64,000 bases of DNA. Source: Stegostoma tigrinum (taxonomy: Eukaryota). The DNA lies in contig NC_081365.1 in assembly GCF_030684315.1 (NCBI RefSeq), positions 24,616,062 to 24,680,061 of the forward strand. The letters run 5' to 3'. Positions within the stretch are counted from its first letter, which is position 1; every line of letters starts with the position of its first letter. Position numbers and translations under genes: made by a program. Below the pieces are notes generated by a model that saw nothing but the letters and a program-made list of their open reading frames with translations, searched no databases and was not told where the DNA came from. Shown here in pieces: positions 12,142 through 23,570 of the stretch.

Positions 12142-13504
12142 TAACTATCTTAGACAGTCTGTATCTGCTTTAGTTTTTAACATGTCAATTTGTCACCTTA
12201 ATTCTGCTTTGCAATATTACTGGGTGCTGCAACATTGGTATAGATTACTTTTACGGCTTCTGATTTCCCTATTGTAGCTGTTCATCGTGGTTTCTGCTCA
12301 TTACTGGGGCAACTTTCATCGTGAGCTGTAAGTACTTTTTTTTAACTTCTAACCTTCATAGCTTGTTACTTTGTGTTGTTAATTTAAAGGATTTTTTTTT
12401 GGTGCCTTGCCCAATAGGGATTTTCAAGTTTACTCACAGAGCTCGAATATGTTTGCTGATTGGGTGATTTCTCACTTCTCGATGGAATCTGTAATTCCTT
12501 TACTGACTAGTCTTTAGCTCTTTCTAGCCCACACTGCTCTTCCTATGTTTCTTATCAGTTCTGAGGTAAAGACTTGAACCTGTAGTGTTGTTTCTCCCAA
12601 GTAGGTCTTTCCAGGAATTCCTGCAGACTATTTGTTTTCTCAAACAATTGCAGCTTCTGACTGTCTATGTGAATAAAGTGATAAAGTCTTTAAAGCTGTA
12701 AGCTCACTTAGCCTTTGCAAAATATCTTCTCCTGGTTCCAATGCCATTGTCCCTTGTGGTAATAAGTAACCAGGCCCATTGCTGATCACCGAGTGATATT
12801 GTGGGGGACCGTATAAACACTTTACAAACTGTCTAATGCTCTTGGCCACCTGCAGAGACTTATCATCTGACACTTCACACACACCAGTTGTATGATCTTT
12901 TGATCTCTCTGCCCTTGATCTCTCTGGCTATAAGGATGTTGCCTGCAATCCTCTTTCCTTTTAGCCTAGGTCTGAAGAACCTCTTTGGTTTACAGTGGTA
13001 GGATATCAACCAATACTCCCTTTCCTTCAGTGAACAAGCCTTTGAGGTCTTTGCAGGGCAGTGACTTCTGAAACCAGAAGTCATCGTCTTTGCAAGGACA
13101 TTCAGCGTGTGCGGAACTTTGGAGGGACCTCAGAGTGACTTCTCAGCCACGCCGCTGAGAGGCAACATTTGTATCAACCACTGCTGCAATTTAACAAGAG
13201 GCTCTTGTCTTAACAAGGCATAAATTAAGTTACATTTGCTAGTCAGGTATTGCTATTGAGATGAGGGAGAGTGCTGAAGACATAGGTCTCCACTCCATGA
13301 AATCCTAAAATGTTTAGCCTTATTATCATCCAAGCCTCTATAACATCATCAAATTGGTTGGAGTTTAATGCAATCTCAAACATTAACCCTTTCAGAACTA
13401 CTACATGATGCAACAACTTTGACCATGTTAAGAAGGTCATAATCTTCTTCCAGCAGTCTGGGAATTGATCTCCCTGAGTACCTTCTCTTATTCCTTTTCA
13501 ATAC

Positions 13505-14468
13505 CGCCAGGATCTGTTTTGGGGTCACTGCTATTTGTCATTTTTATAAATGACCTAGATGAGGGTGTAGAAGGATGGGTTAGTAAATTTGCGGATGACA
13601 CTAAAGTCAGTGGAGTTGTGGATAGTGTGGAAGGATGTTGCAGGTTACAGAGGGACATAGATAAACTGCAGAGCTGGGCTGAGGGGTGGCAAATGGAGTT
13701 TAATGTGGAAAAGTGTGAGGTGATTCACTTTGGAAGGAGTAACAGGAATACAGAGTACAGGGCTAATGGTAAGATTCTTGGTAGTGTGGATGAGCAAAGG
13801 GATCTCGGTGTCCATGTACATAGATTCCTGAAAGCTGCCACCCAGGTTGATAGGGTTGTTAAGGCGGCATATGGTGTGTTAGGTTTTATTGGTAGGGGGA
13901 TTGATTTTCAGAGCCATGAGCTCATGTTGCAGCTGTACAAAACTCTGGTGTGGCCACACCGAGTATTGCGTACAGTTCTGGTCGCCGCATAATAGGAAGG
14001 ATGTGGAAGCACTGGAAAGGGTGCAGAGGAGATTTACTAGGATGTTGCCTGGTATGGAGGGAAGGTCTTATGAGGAAAGGCTGAGGGACTTGAGGCTGCT
14101 TTCATTAGAGAGAAGAAGGTTAAGAGGTGAATTAATAGAAGCATACAAGATGATCAGAGGATTAGATAAGGTGGGCAGTGACAGTCTTTTTTCTCGGAGG
14201 GTGATGGCTAGCACGAGGGGACATAGTTTTAAGTTGAGGGGTGATAGATATAGGGCAGATGTCAGAGGTAGATTCTTTACTCAGAGAGCAGTAAGGGTGT
14301 GGAATGCCCCGCCTGCAACAGTAGTAGACTCACCAGCTTTAAGAGCATTGGATAAACATATGGATGATAATGGAATAGTGTAGGTTAGATGGGCTTCAGA
14401 TTGGTTTCACAAGTCGGTGCAACATCAAGGGCCGAGGGGCCTGTACTGTGCTGTAATGTTCTATGTTC
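13505..14468 (+). mobile_element. 5'-truncated CR1 LINE (RT C-terminal part, one frameshift near 13957)
   Basis: GSVLG.LLFVIFINDLD, FADDTK and EYCVQFWSP motifs. Tail gtaatgttctatgttct. Confidence 0.92.
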
Positions 14469-14766
14469 TTTGTAATAGAAGGTCCACCCATTTTCAAGGA
14501 AGCATGCATTCTCCTCCTGTTCACAGACAACTCTCTCTCCTAGTGCTCCTCTCTTCCCCATTCCCTTCAAATGCCTTAGTGACAGGCAGTAACAGTTTCC
14601 ACTGATTCAGAGTAAATTCCCTTCAGTAGGTGACAGTGGAGGTGAATTGGAGCATGTGCTAATCTCACATATTGTCAACCTCCTGCTGTGTGTGCAGCCA
14701 GACAGCAGCACAGGTTGCATTAGCTACAAGCTTAAATTATGCAAACTAAGGAGGCCGCTTGAATTT

Positions 14767-15234
14767 GACTTAGTAAGAACTGCCAATGCTGGAGTCAGGG
14801 ATAACACAGTTTGGAGCTGGAGGAGCACAGCAGATCAGGCAGCATCAGAGGAGCAGGAAAGTTGACGTTTTGGGTTGGGACCCGTCGCCCACCCATTGCC
14901 GACATTGCCCTACCCATCGCCGACCTCACTGATGACGTCACTAACTCTGCCCCCACAGCCAGCTCCAGCCCCAAGCCCTGCTGGATCTTTACCATCCCCC
15001 AGACCTCCCACTCACTGAGGACTAATGATCAGTCCTCAGTAAAGGACTCACCTTCATTCCCCTCCACCCACACATCAATGAATTCTGTTCATGCTTGGAC
15101 GTCGAACAGTTTTTCTACCGCATCCACCTCCACACCTACTTCTTTAACTGAAAGCCTAATCCACTCACTACAGATCCCTCTCCTGCCTCCAACGCACCCT
15201 ATCCTCCTGGACACCTCCATTTCTGAAGAAGGTT
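14767..15234. mobile_element. PLE-derived insertion with 5' inversion
   Basis: Minus-strand PLE 3' terminus at 14767-14883, then a plus-strand segment encoding VLSKGLTFIPLHPHINEF (PLE N-terminal region). TSD GCTTGAATTT at 14757-14766 and 15235-15244. Confidence 0.75.
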
Positions 15235-17029
15235 GCTTGAATTTTGTGTGTTGACTGCCTCAAGGGAAATGGCTGAAGGCAGATTGTGAATTGCAATCCT
15301 AGTGCCCATAAAGCGGTGCCAGTGAATATGTCATTCCTTCTTTCTTATTTTAGATGTTTCTATCTTCAGAATTTGTCTTTTAAACTTACTACGGTTTATA
15401 AAAGAAGCAAGTTCAATTTTAGGTAGAGCTTCATACGTGGATGCCCAGACAAAATCACAGTTATTTATACATATGCTACCAAAGAGCAAAGGATGTAAAT
15501 GAAGACATAGAGCTTTTAGCTTCTTTTTAAGTAGAAAAAATGAAGGCCGGTAAACCATTTCTGCATCAAAGTGGTATGAAACTCAAGCTAAGATCATGCA
15601 TATGGAGGAGACTCCAATACACAAAATCCACAGTGTGATGTGATTTAAACTGTGTTCTATATATATTTTAATATTGTCTGTGTAAGTTTGATTTTTGAAT
15701 TTTGAATTATGACATTTGGCTGTACCTCAAGGTTTCTGTTAGAAATTTATAGACTTCATACTTTTTTAAAGACATTTGCTTTTTCACTTTTAGTTTTAGG
15801 AAGTTCTGCAAAGTCCTTGGATGAAGATAATTGTATGAAGCAGTGCTCCTGCAATGGGAAGGAGAAAATAGTAAACATAGATTACTTTAGAGTAAGGAGC
15901 TAGTTATAGTTCCAACCATAAATATTTGGATAAAACTGTGAAGAGTACACTTGAAACATTTAAATTGAAGTGTATGAAAGCTCCAGGATTGGAGATTGCG
16001 AATTGAAACTGTGGTTATCTTAAGCCTTCCGATATAGTAAAGAACACATTTTCCTTTGATGTATATACTGGGCAAGGAGTGATTTGGGGAACTGTGCGAG
16101 AAATATTTTGGGTTCTGGAAATAAGTGCAATGGGATTAATGAGATTTTGCCTTTATCACACATTTATAAAATATTTGAATTTGTGTTATATGTAAATAGA
16201 TTGGTTTATTCCATTTTATCAATTTTTTCTGTTTTATTGTTAAAACAAACTCTGCAATGTTGTCTGTTTGTGTTTCAGTGATCTACCACTTTATTGAAAT
16301 TATTTTAAAAAATGATTGATCAAGCCAGATTCCAGTCTGGGATCTGATTTGCTCAGTAGTAACATCGGCTGGGATCATAGCGCACATTGAAAGACCAACA
16401 CACTTGAAACAGAGCAGAAGACAAGCCTCAGACTGGGCGACCTATGTGGAGTGATATTGATGGAAACATTACTAAAAAAAATGCAAAATCCATACAGAAA
16501 GACCAGAAGGGATTAGAAAGGATCATACATTTCTTTAGTATGAGGAAAAGCTTTTTCATTGGAAGAAAGAATGTTAAGATTACCCCTGTTAGACGTGTTC
16601 AGTATTATATGGGGTTTAGTAGGTAAACAGGCAAATCCATTTTTACTGGCAAATGAGACAGTAATCGGGAGCCATGCATTTAATTTAATTGAATGAGAAT
16701 GAGAGCCCAGCAGCTTTCAGGGTGTCATTGAATGGTGAGTTCCTAGTGGCTGTCTGGTAAACGATCAGGATCATTCTAATTGTTTGTCCATTTAATTTCT
16801 CTGAGCAGTAGAAACCAAAATTAGCTATGATTGCATGAGGTATATTAAAGAAAGTAGTACAACTAGACAGAAAATCATGTATCAGAATGTATCTGGCATA
16901 AACAATACTTAAATATTGCTGACCCAATTTTCTCGTCCCAGTGCTCCTTCCCCGTCCTTGCACAACTGATTAGAAAATCCACATTACATGTAGCAGGACC
17001 AAATTCAAACAAGCAGAAAAGGTTCAGAA

Positions 17030-18840
17030 AAGATTTACGAGGATGTTGCCAGGGTTGGAGAATTTGAGCTGCAGGGAGAGGTTGAGTAGACTGGGGCTAT
17101 TTTCACTGGAGCGTCAGAAGCTGAGGGGTAACCTTTATAGAGGTTTATAAAATCATGAGGGGCATGGAGAGGGTGAATAGGAAAAGTCTTTTCCTGGTGG
17201 TGGGAGAGTCCAAAACTAGAGCACACAGAATTAAGGTGAGACAGAAAGATATAAAAGGGACCTGAGGAGCAACTTTTTCACGTAGACAGTGGTGCATATA
17301 TGGAACGAGCTGCCAGAGGAAGTGTGGAGGCTGGGATGATCACATTTAAAAGGCACCTGGATGGGTATATGAATATGTATCAGTGATAATGGGAACTGCA
17401 GATGCTGGAGAATCCAAGATAACAAAGTGTGGAGCTGGATGAACACAGCAGGACAAACAGCATCTCAGGAGCACAAAAGCTGATGTTTCGGGCCTAGACC
17501 CTTCATCAGAGAGGGGGATGGGGAGAGGGAACTGGAATAAATAGGGAGAGAGGGGGAGGCAGACCGAAGATGGAGAGAAAACAAGATAGGTAGAGAGGAG
17601 AGTATAGGTGAGGAGGTAGGGAGGGGATAGGTCAGTCCAGGGAAGATGAACAGATCAAGGAGGCGGGATGAGGTGGTAGGTAGGAAATGGAGGTGTGGCT
17701 TGAGGTGGGAGGAAGGGATGGGTGAGAGGAAGAACAGGTTAGAGAGGCAGAGACAGGCTGGGCTGGTTTTGGGATGCGGTAGGGGGAGGGGAAGAGCTGG
17801 GCTGGTTGTGTGGTGCAGTGGGGGGAGGGGACGAACTGGGCTGGTTTTGGGATGCAGTGGGGGAGGGGGAGATTTTGAAGCTTGTGAAGTCCACATTGAT
17901 ACCATTGGGCTGCAGGGTTCCCAAGCGGAATATGAGTCGCTGTTCCTGCAACTTTCGGGTGGCATCATTGTGGCACTGCAGGAGGCCCATGATGGAAATG
18001 TCATCAAGCGGAGGCTTGGGGTCCGCTTTGCAGAACACCTCCGCTCGGTTCACAACAAACAACTGCACCTCCCAGTCGCGAACCATTTCCACTCCCCCTC
18101 CCATTCCTCAGACGACATGTTGATCGTGGGCCTCCTGCACTGCCACAATGATGCCACCCGAAGGTTGCAGGAACAGCAACTCATATTCCGCTTGGGAACC
18201 CTGCAGCCCAATGGTATCAACGTGGACTTCACAAGCTTCAAAATCTCCCCTTCCCCTACTGCATCCCAAAACCAGCCCAGTTCTTCCCCTCCCCCCACTG
18301 CATCACAAAACCAGCCCAGCTCATCCCCTCCCCCCACTGCAACCCAAAACCAGCCCTGTCTGCCTCTGCCTCCCTAACCTGTTCTTCCTCTCACCCATCC
18401 CTTCCTCCCATCTCAAGCCGCACCTCCATTTCCTATCTACCACCTCATCCCGCCTCCTTGATCTGTCCATCTTCCCTGGACTGACCTATCCCCTCCCTAC
18501 CTCCACACCTATACTCTCCTCTCTACCTATCTTGTTTTCTCTCCATTTTCGGTCCGCCTCCCCTTCTCTCCCTATTTATTCCAGTTCCCTCTCCTCATCC
18601 CCCTCTCTGATGAAGGGTCTAGGCCTGAAATGTCAGCTTTAGTGCTCCTGAGATGCTGCTTGGCCTGCTGTGTTCATCCAGCTCCGCACTTTGTTATCTT
18701 GCGTATATGAATATGAAGGGTTTGGTGGGATAGGTGCCAAATGCCGGCAAATGGGACTCGGTTTATACAGGATATCTGGTCAGCATGGATGAATTGGACT
18801 GAAGGATCTGTTTCCATTCTGTATATCTCTATGTCTCTAA
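17030..18840 (+). mobile_element. CR1 3' fragment split by the PLE palindrome at 17378-18702
   Basis: RFTRMLPGLE...LRGNLIEVYKIMRG...WNELP before the insert. The 3' UTR resumes after 18715. Confidence 0.8.
17378..18702. mobile_element. PLE family A tail-out inverted insertion (minus arm to ~18008, plus arm from ~18005)
   Basis: GIY-YIG C-terminal coding sequence on both strands. 13-bp TSD GTATATGAATATG at 17365-17377 and 18703-18715. CAAG microhomology at the central join. Confidence 0.92.
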
Positions 18841-20364
18841 GCCTGATGGGTTTCAATTTGCAGTGAAACTTTAGTATAAAAAGAGTGCCAACAACTTCTC
18901 TGTCTTTCTTTTTTTCTCCATGCTGATAGTTTAAAGTTTTGGATAGTAATTGATATAGTAAAATGATTTGATTTACTCATGGCACTAACCATAGGGTAAA
19001 GGTGATTCATCAAATGCCATCAATTTTGACTTTTACAACAGTTTGGGTTTCACATACTGCAAAGCAAAGCATCTGTGGAATTCGGCTTCTATGTAATCCT
19101 ATTCAGTCCTGCATGTAATGCTTGGAAAAAATCTAATAGAAAGTCATCTAGAATTACATTGTATGAAATGTACCTTTACAGCAACTGTTAAAGGAAGCTT
19201 TGAAAGATTTACTCCTTATTTGAAATTGCATGTGGCTGTTTCTTTGTTCTTCTTGACATTGGATCTAAACACCCTGTCAAAGGTTCACACTGAGTAACTG
19301 TATTTTGGATGCAGGAATGCCATGATGAAAATATGTCTGTCAAACCGCATTGCCCAGATTATAGTCAATGCTTGAAAAAACAAACCCCAAAGTATTTGGG
19401 AGAGGTAAGTTTACAATTCGCAAATCCTGGCAAAATTAAGAATGATCCCTGTGAAGAATGTTGCTGGAGTCTTAGTCAGTTACTACACTGCTCACAGTGA
19501 TAGAATATTATCTATCAGGAAAGGCCCTGTCTTTGATTGCTGGGTTGCACTGTGTTAGTTGATCTCAACCACTTAAACTTTAAGTGTTCCACATTCAGCT
19601 ACTGTGCTATTGAGGTAGTACATAATTTTAAAACGTATGTGAAGTTAAAAGCTAAAAACCAATGGTGACAACATTAACAGGTAACTGCAAAAATGCATTT
19701 TTATAAGATTTTGCTGATATCTTAACACAAACTTTCTTCAGTTTCTTCCAAATGGCTCTGGAAATGTTATACAAACACAGTGAGCATTTTCCCACTAATA
19801 TCAGCAACACTAACATCTTGCTTGATAAAGCCTAATTGGGTGTTCTATGAATATATAGCAAAGTTTCAACATATTAAAGATTAATTTCAAGAATTAATTT
19901 CTAAATTAGTTTTAATTGCTGCCTTACTGCAAATAAGATCATTTGAACTGTACAATTAGGTCATACTCATTAAATACAGTAGAAGGTGGTCATGTGAGAC
20001 TAAAGACATTAAAAATGAGGTTGGGGGAGTGCTGCAAACTGATACGTTAACAGTCTACACCACACAGAAGCAACGCAGAGATCAATGTCTGCCATTCTTT
20101 TTCCGAAGATTCCACTTGGCGATTTGGGAAAATCAGGGAGCACACCAGAGTCAAAGAATTTCTCCACAGGGAAGAAGCAAATCGATCAACACATGCATAA
20201 TTCTTTCAGCTAATTACACAGTGGAGAGCCAGGGAACAGGTTGCATATTCAGCCTGTGAGCAAGACAAATGGTGCGCAGTTGAGTTGGGAGGAGAGAAGT
20301 AAAAATAAGAATTGAAGTGAATTAGAAAAGTAGGGGAAAAAATACCAAGTTTGACCTTGCTGCA

Positions 20365-20695
20365 CTGTTTTCTTCTCCTCATGGGATGAGGGCACTGCTG
20401 ATTGGGCAGCATTTACTGCCCACCCCTAATTAGCCAGAGGGCAGGTCAGTCAACCACATCACTGTGGGTCTGGAGTCACATGTGGGCCAGGCCAGGTAAG
20501 GATGGCAGTTTCCTTCCCTGAAGGACATTAGTGAACCAGATGGGTTTTTCTTGACAATTGATTCATGGTCATTATTAGACTGTTAATTCCAGATATTTTT
20601 CTGCCATGGCTGGATTTGAACCTGGGTCCCCAGAATGGTACCTGGGTCTCTGGATTAACAGTCTAGCAATAATATCACGAGGCCATTGCCTCCCC
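20365..20695 (-). mobile_element. tRNA-headed SINE (possibly Deu-domain / SacSINE1-like)
   Basis: Minus strand reads gggaggcaatggcctcgtg...caggttcaaatcc (B-box). Related copies at ~26435-26670 (+), ~35490-35860 (-) and ~51410-51680 (-). Confidence 0.6.
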
Positions 20696-22069
20696 ATATG
20701 ATAGCAGTCATATTCCACACTGGCTGAGGTCACCATGATGGACTCTTCCTCTGAACCTGTCCCATAGCCTGTGGTGTGGTGATACTTGGATAAAACCACC
20801 ACCAGTTGTCTCTCTCTGCAGGCCTGCGGTCTGGTAAGACTATGGCAACTTTGCATTCAATTAGGGCTGCAATTGGTGCAAGAGCTCTTTGACTGCATTG
20901 CCAATTCTTTGCCTGTAAGTGATCAAATTATATTTCAGAAAAATATTCCTATGTTGCCTGAAGTGGTTGACAGATGACATATAGCAATGATTGCAGAACT
21001 GCTACCCTTCTATAAATATCACACTAAACGACAAATTTGCTGAAGTTTAGTTGTTCTTTATCTTAGCACTCTATCTGAGTCTGACTTAAGCCTGATGTTT
21101 TATTAGTTTGAGTGACACCTTCAATGTACATGCCTTCACTCGGGCAAGCCCTCAGCTTCCAATTGGAAGCAGCACAATAGCTGGCCAATGTTCTCATCAA
21201 GTTTATTCACTTCAGCATAGCCACAGTTCAGTTTGGTCAGGTGGGTCATTCACCAGACAACACATCATTAGTGGGTCTGGAGATGTTTTAACTTGTGAAA
21301 TGCAGTGTCCCTCAAGGTCAAAAAACAAAGATATTATGGATATAACTTAACAGAAGACAAAAATGTGTTTTACTCACATTATAAGGAAAAATTGATGTAT
21401 GATTTATGAAAAAGAATGACAATACTTTGAATAAAAAATTAGAGATCAGTGTTTCAATGAATAGATAATCTTAATTTATGAAAAGGTGCTAATAGGTGAG
21501 TTGTTCTGCACAGTTTATTTTGATAATTTGATTTTGATATAAATTTGCAGTGTAACTTTTCAGTAATTTTATAGATTGATATAGCATGGTGGAGGCCATT
21601 TAACTTTCACTCAGGCAAACAGGCAAGAGATGTGAGACCATTGGAAGTATTTTGACCTATTTAATGAAATGAGGGATGATACATTCCTAAATTGACTTTA
21701 AAATCTTTAACTTTTCTGTAATTAACATAATAAAAGGTCCCAATGGATTGATAGAGGTTGACATGAAAGCTATGACTTCACTTTCCCAGGAAAACATGGG
21801 TTAAGTTAGACTAAAGTTGAGTTGAATTCAGGTGTGTGCCTGTCGTTTGGGTGCTGAAGGGTCAAACTTAAGGAAGCAAGCCCAGCTTTCCTGTTTAAAT
21901 AAAATGCAGACACAAGAAGCTGATTCAGGGTCAGCTACATACATCGCTAAGGATTGCAATGTTCGAAGTTCAAAAGGAAAGGTTGCTTTTAAAGAGCTAT
22001 AACTTGTTTTAAAAGATAGAGATGCTTTGATAGGGACAGAAAATCACCAAGTTGCTTCCTATGTTATCA

Positions 22070-22192
22070 GAAGGGTCTAGGCCCGAAACTTTAGCTTTTG
22101 TGCTCCTAAGATGCTGCTTGGCCTGCTGTGTTCATCCAGTTTCACATTTCATTATCTTGGATTGTCTAGCATCTGCAGTTCCCATTATCTCT
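22070..22192 (+). mobile_element. PLE family A 3'-terminal fragment
   Basis: gaagggtctaggcccgaaac...gcatctgcagttcccattatctct matches the full-length terminus. Confidence 0.85.
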
Positions 22193-22369
22193 AGAACTGA
22201 AAAGAGCTGTGTTTCTTTGCAATTCTATACCTCAGACAGCTGTGGATGCAGTCACTGAGGACATTAAAAATAGAGGTCCAAAGACTTCTAGGTACCGTTC
22301 ATACTGACGAAATGAAGTGATACTTTGTTTATGCAGATAATACAGCTTTTTCAGAATACAGTTAGGAGA

Positions 22370-23570
22370 GTAGATAAAGGAGAACCAATGGATTTTTTGA
22401 ATTTTCAGAAGACTTTTGATAGTGTCCCTCATAAGATGTTAGTAGGCAAAGTTAAAGCACATGGAATGGAATAATGCATTGGCTTGTATGAATTAATTGG
22501 CTAATAGACTGAAAGCAGAAAGTGGGAATAAAAGAGTATTTTTCTGAGTGATAGGCAGTGACTTGTAGGGTATCACCAGGATTAGCGCTTTGGCTATTTA
22601 TGATCCACATAAATGACCTGGAAGAGGGAACCAGATGCAACTTTTCCAAATTTGCTTGCAGCACAAAACTTTGTGATTTGTGAGTTGTGAGGAGGATATA
22701 AAGAGGTTTCAGGCTGATTTAGATGAATTGAGTGAGTGGGCAGATGGATTGCAGATGCAGTATGATGTGGTTAAATATACTTTTTATACTTCAGTATGAA
22801 AAGCAGAAATGCTGAGTATTATTTAAATGGTGATATTTGGGAAGTGTGGATGCATGAACATATCTGGGTGCCTTTGTACACTAGTCAAGAAAAGCAGACA
22901 GGCAGGTGCAATGTGCAATTGGGAAGGCAAGTGGTATATTGGCCTTTACTGCAAGAGGATTGGAGTTCTGAAGTGGGATATATTATTGTAATTATACAGA
23001 GCCTTAGTGAGAGCCTTAGTGAGATTATTGCATGCAGTTTTGGACTCCCTACCTAAGAAAGGGTATACTTGCAATACAGGAAGTGCAGCAGAGGTTCACT
23101 AGGCTCATAATGACAATGGTAGAACTCTCGTATGAGGCAGGATTGATTCAACTGGGCTGTTATTCACTGTTGTTTTGGAGAATGAGAGGGGAAACTGAAT
23201 GAAACATGTAAAATTTTAGCAGAGCTGACAAGCTAGATGTAGGGAGGATGTTTTCCCTGGTTGGGGAGTCTAGAACCAGGGACACAATCTCAGCATACTG
23301 AGTAGACCATTTAGGACTGAAGTGAGAAAAAGTTCTACACTCAATAGAGAGTGAACTTGTGGAATTCTAAAACACAGAAGGCTGTAGAGACCAAGATGCT
23401 GAATATGTTCAGGAAAGAGATATTTTTTAGATGTTAAAGATATCAGGTGTTTGGGGAGAAAGTGGGAATGTGACATTGAACTAGAGGATCATCCATGATC
23501 ATATTGAGTGGGTGGAGCAAGCTCAAAAACCTAGATGATCTACTCCTACTCCTATTTTCTTTGTTTCCAT
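22370..23570 (+). mobile_element. Old CR1 LINE relic, followed by opposite-strand CR1 relics at ~23575-23950 and ~24280-24720
   Basis: Decayed FQK.FD.VPH, INDLEEG and ..SKFA..TK motifs, plus a CR1-like 3' UTR. Confidence 0.7.

Noticed and set aside
15600-16385. Possible decayed LTR ending near gggatcatagc (and a similar impression at ~21740-22050)
   Set aside because: I could not define a left boundary, termini or TSD.
17465-18642. Multiple 100-240 aa overlapping ORFs (also at 32263-34748 and 42290-43050)
   Set aside because: Alternative-frame and junction-spanning products of GC-skewed PLE palindromes, not host genes.
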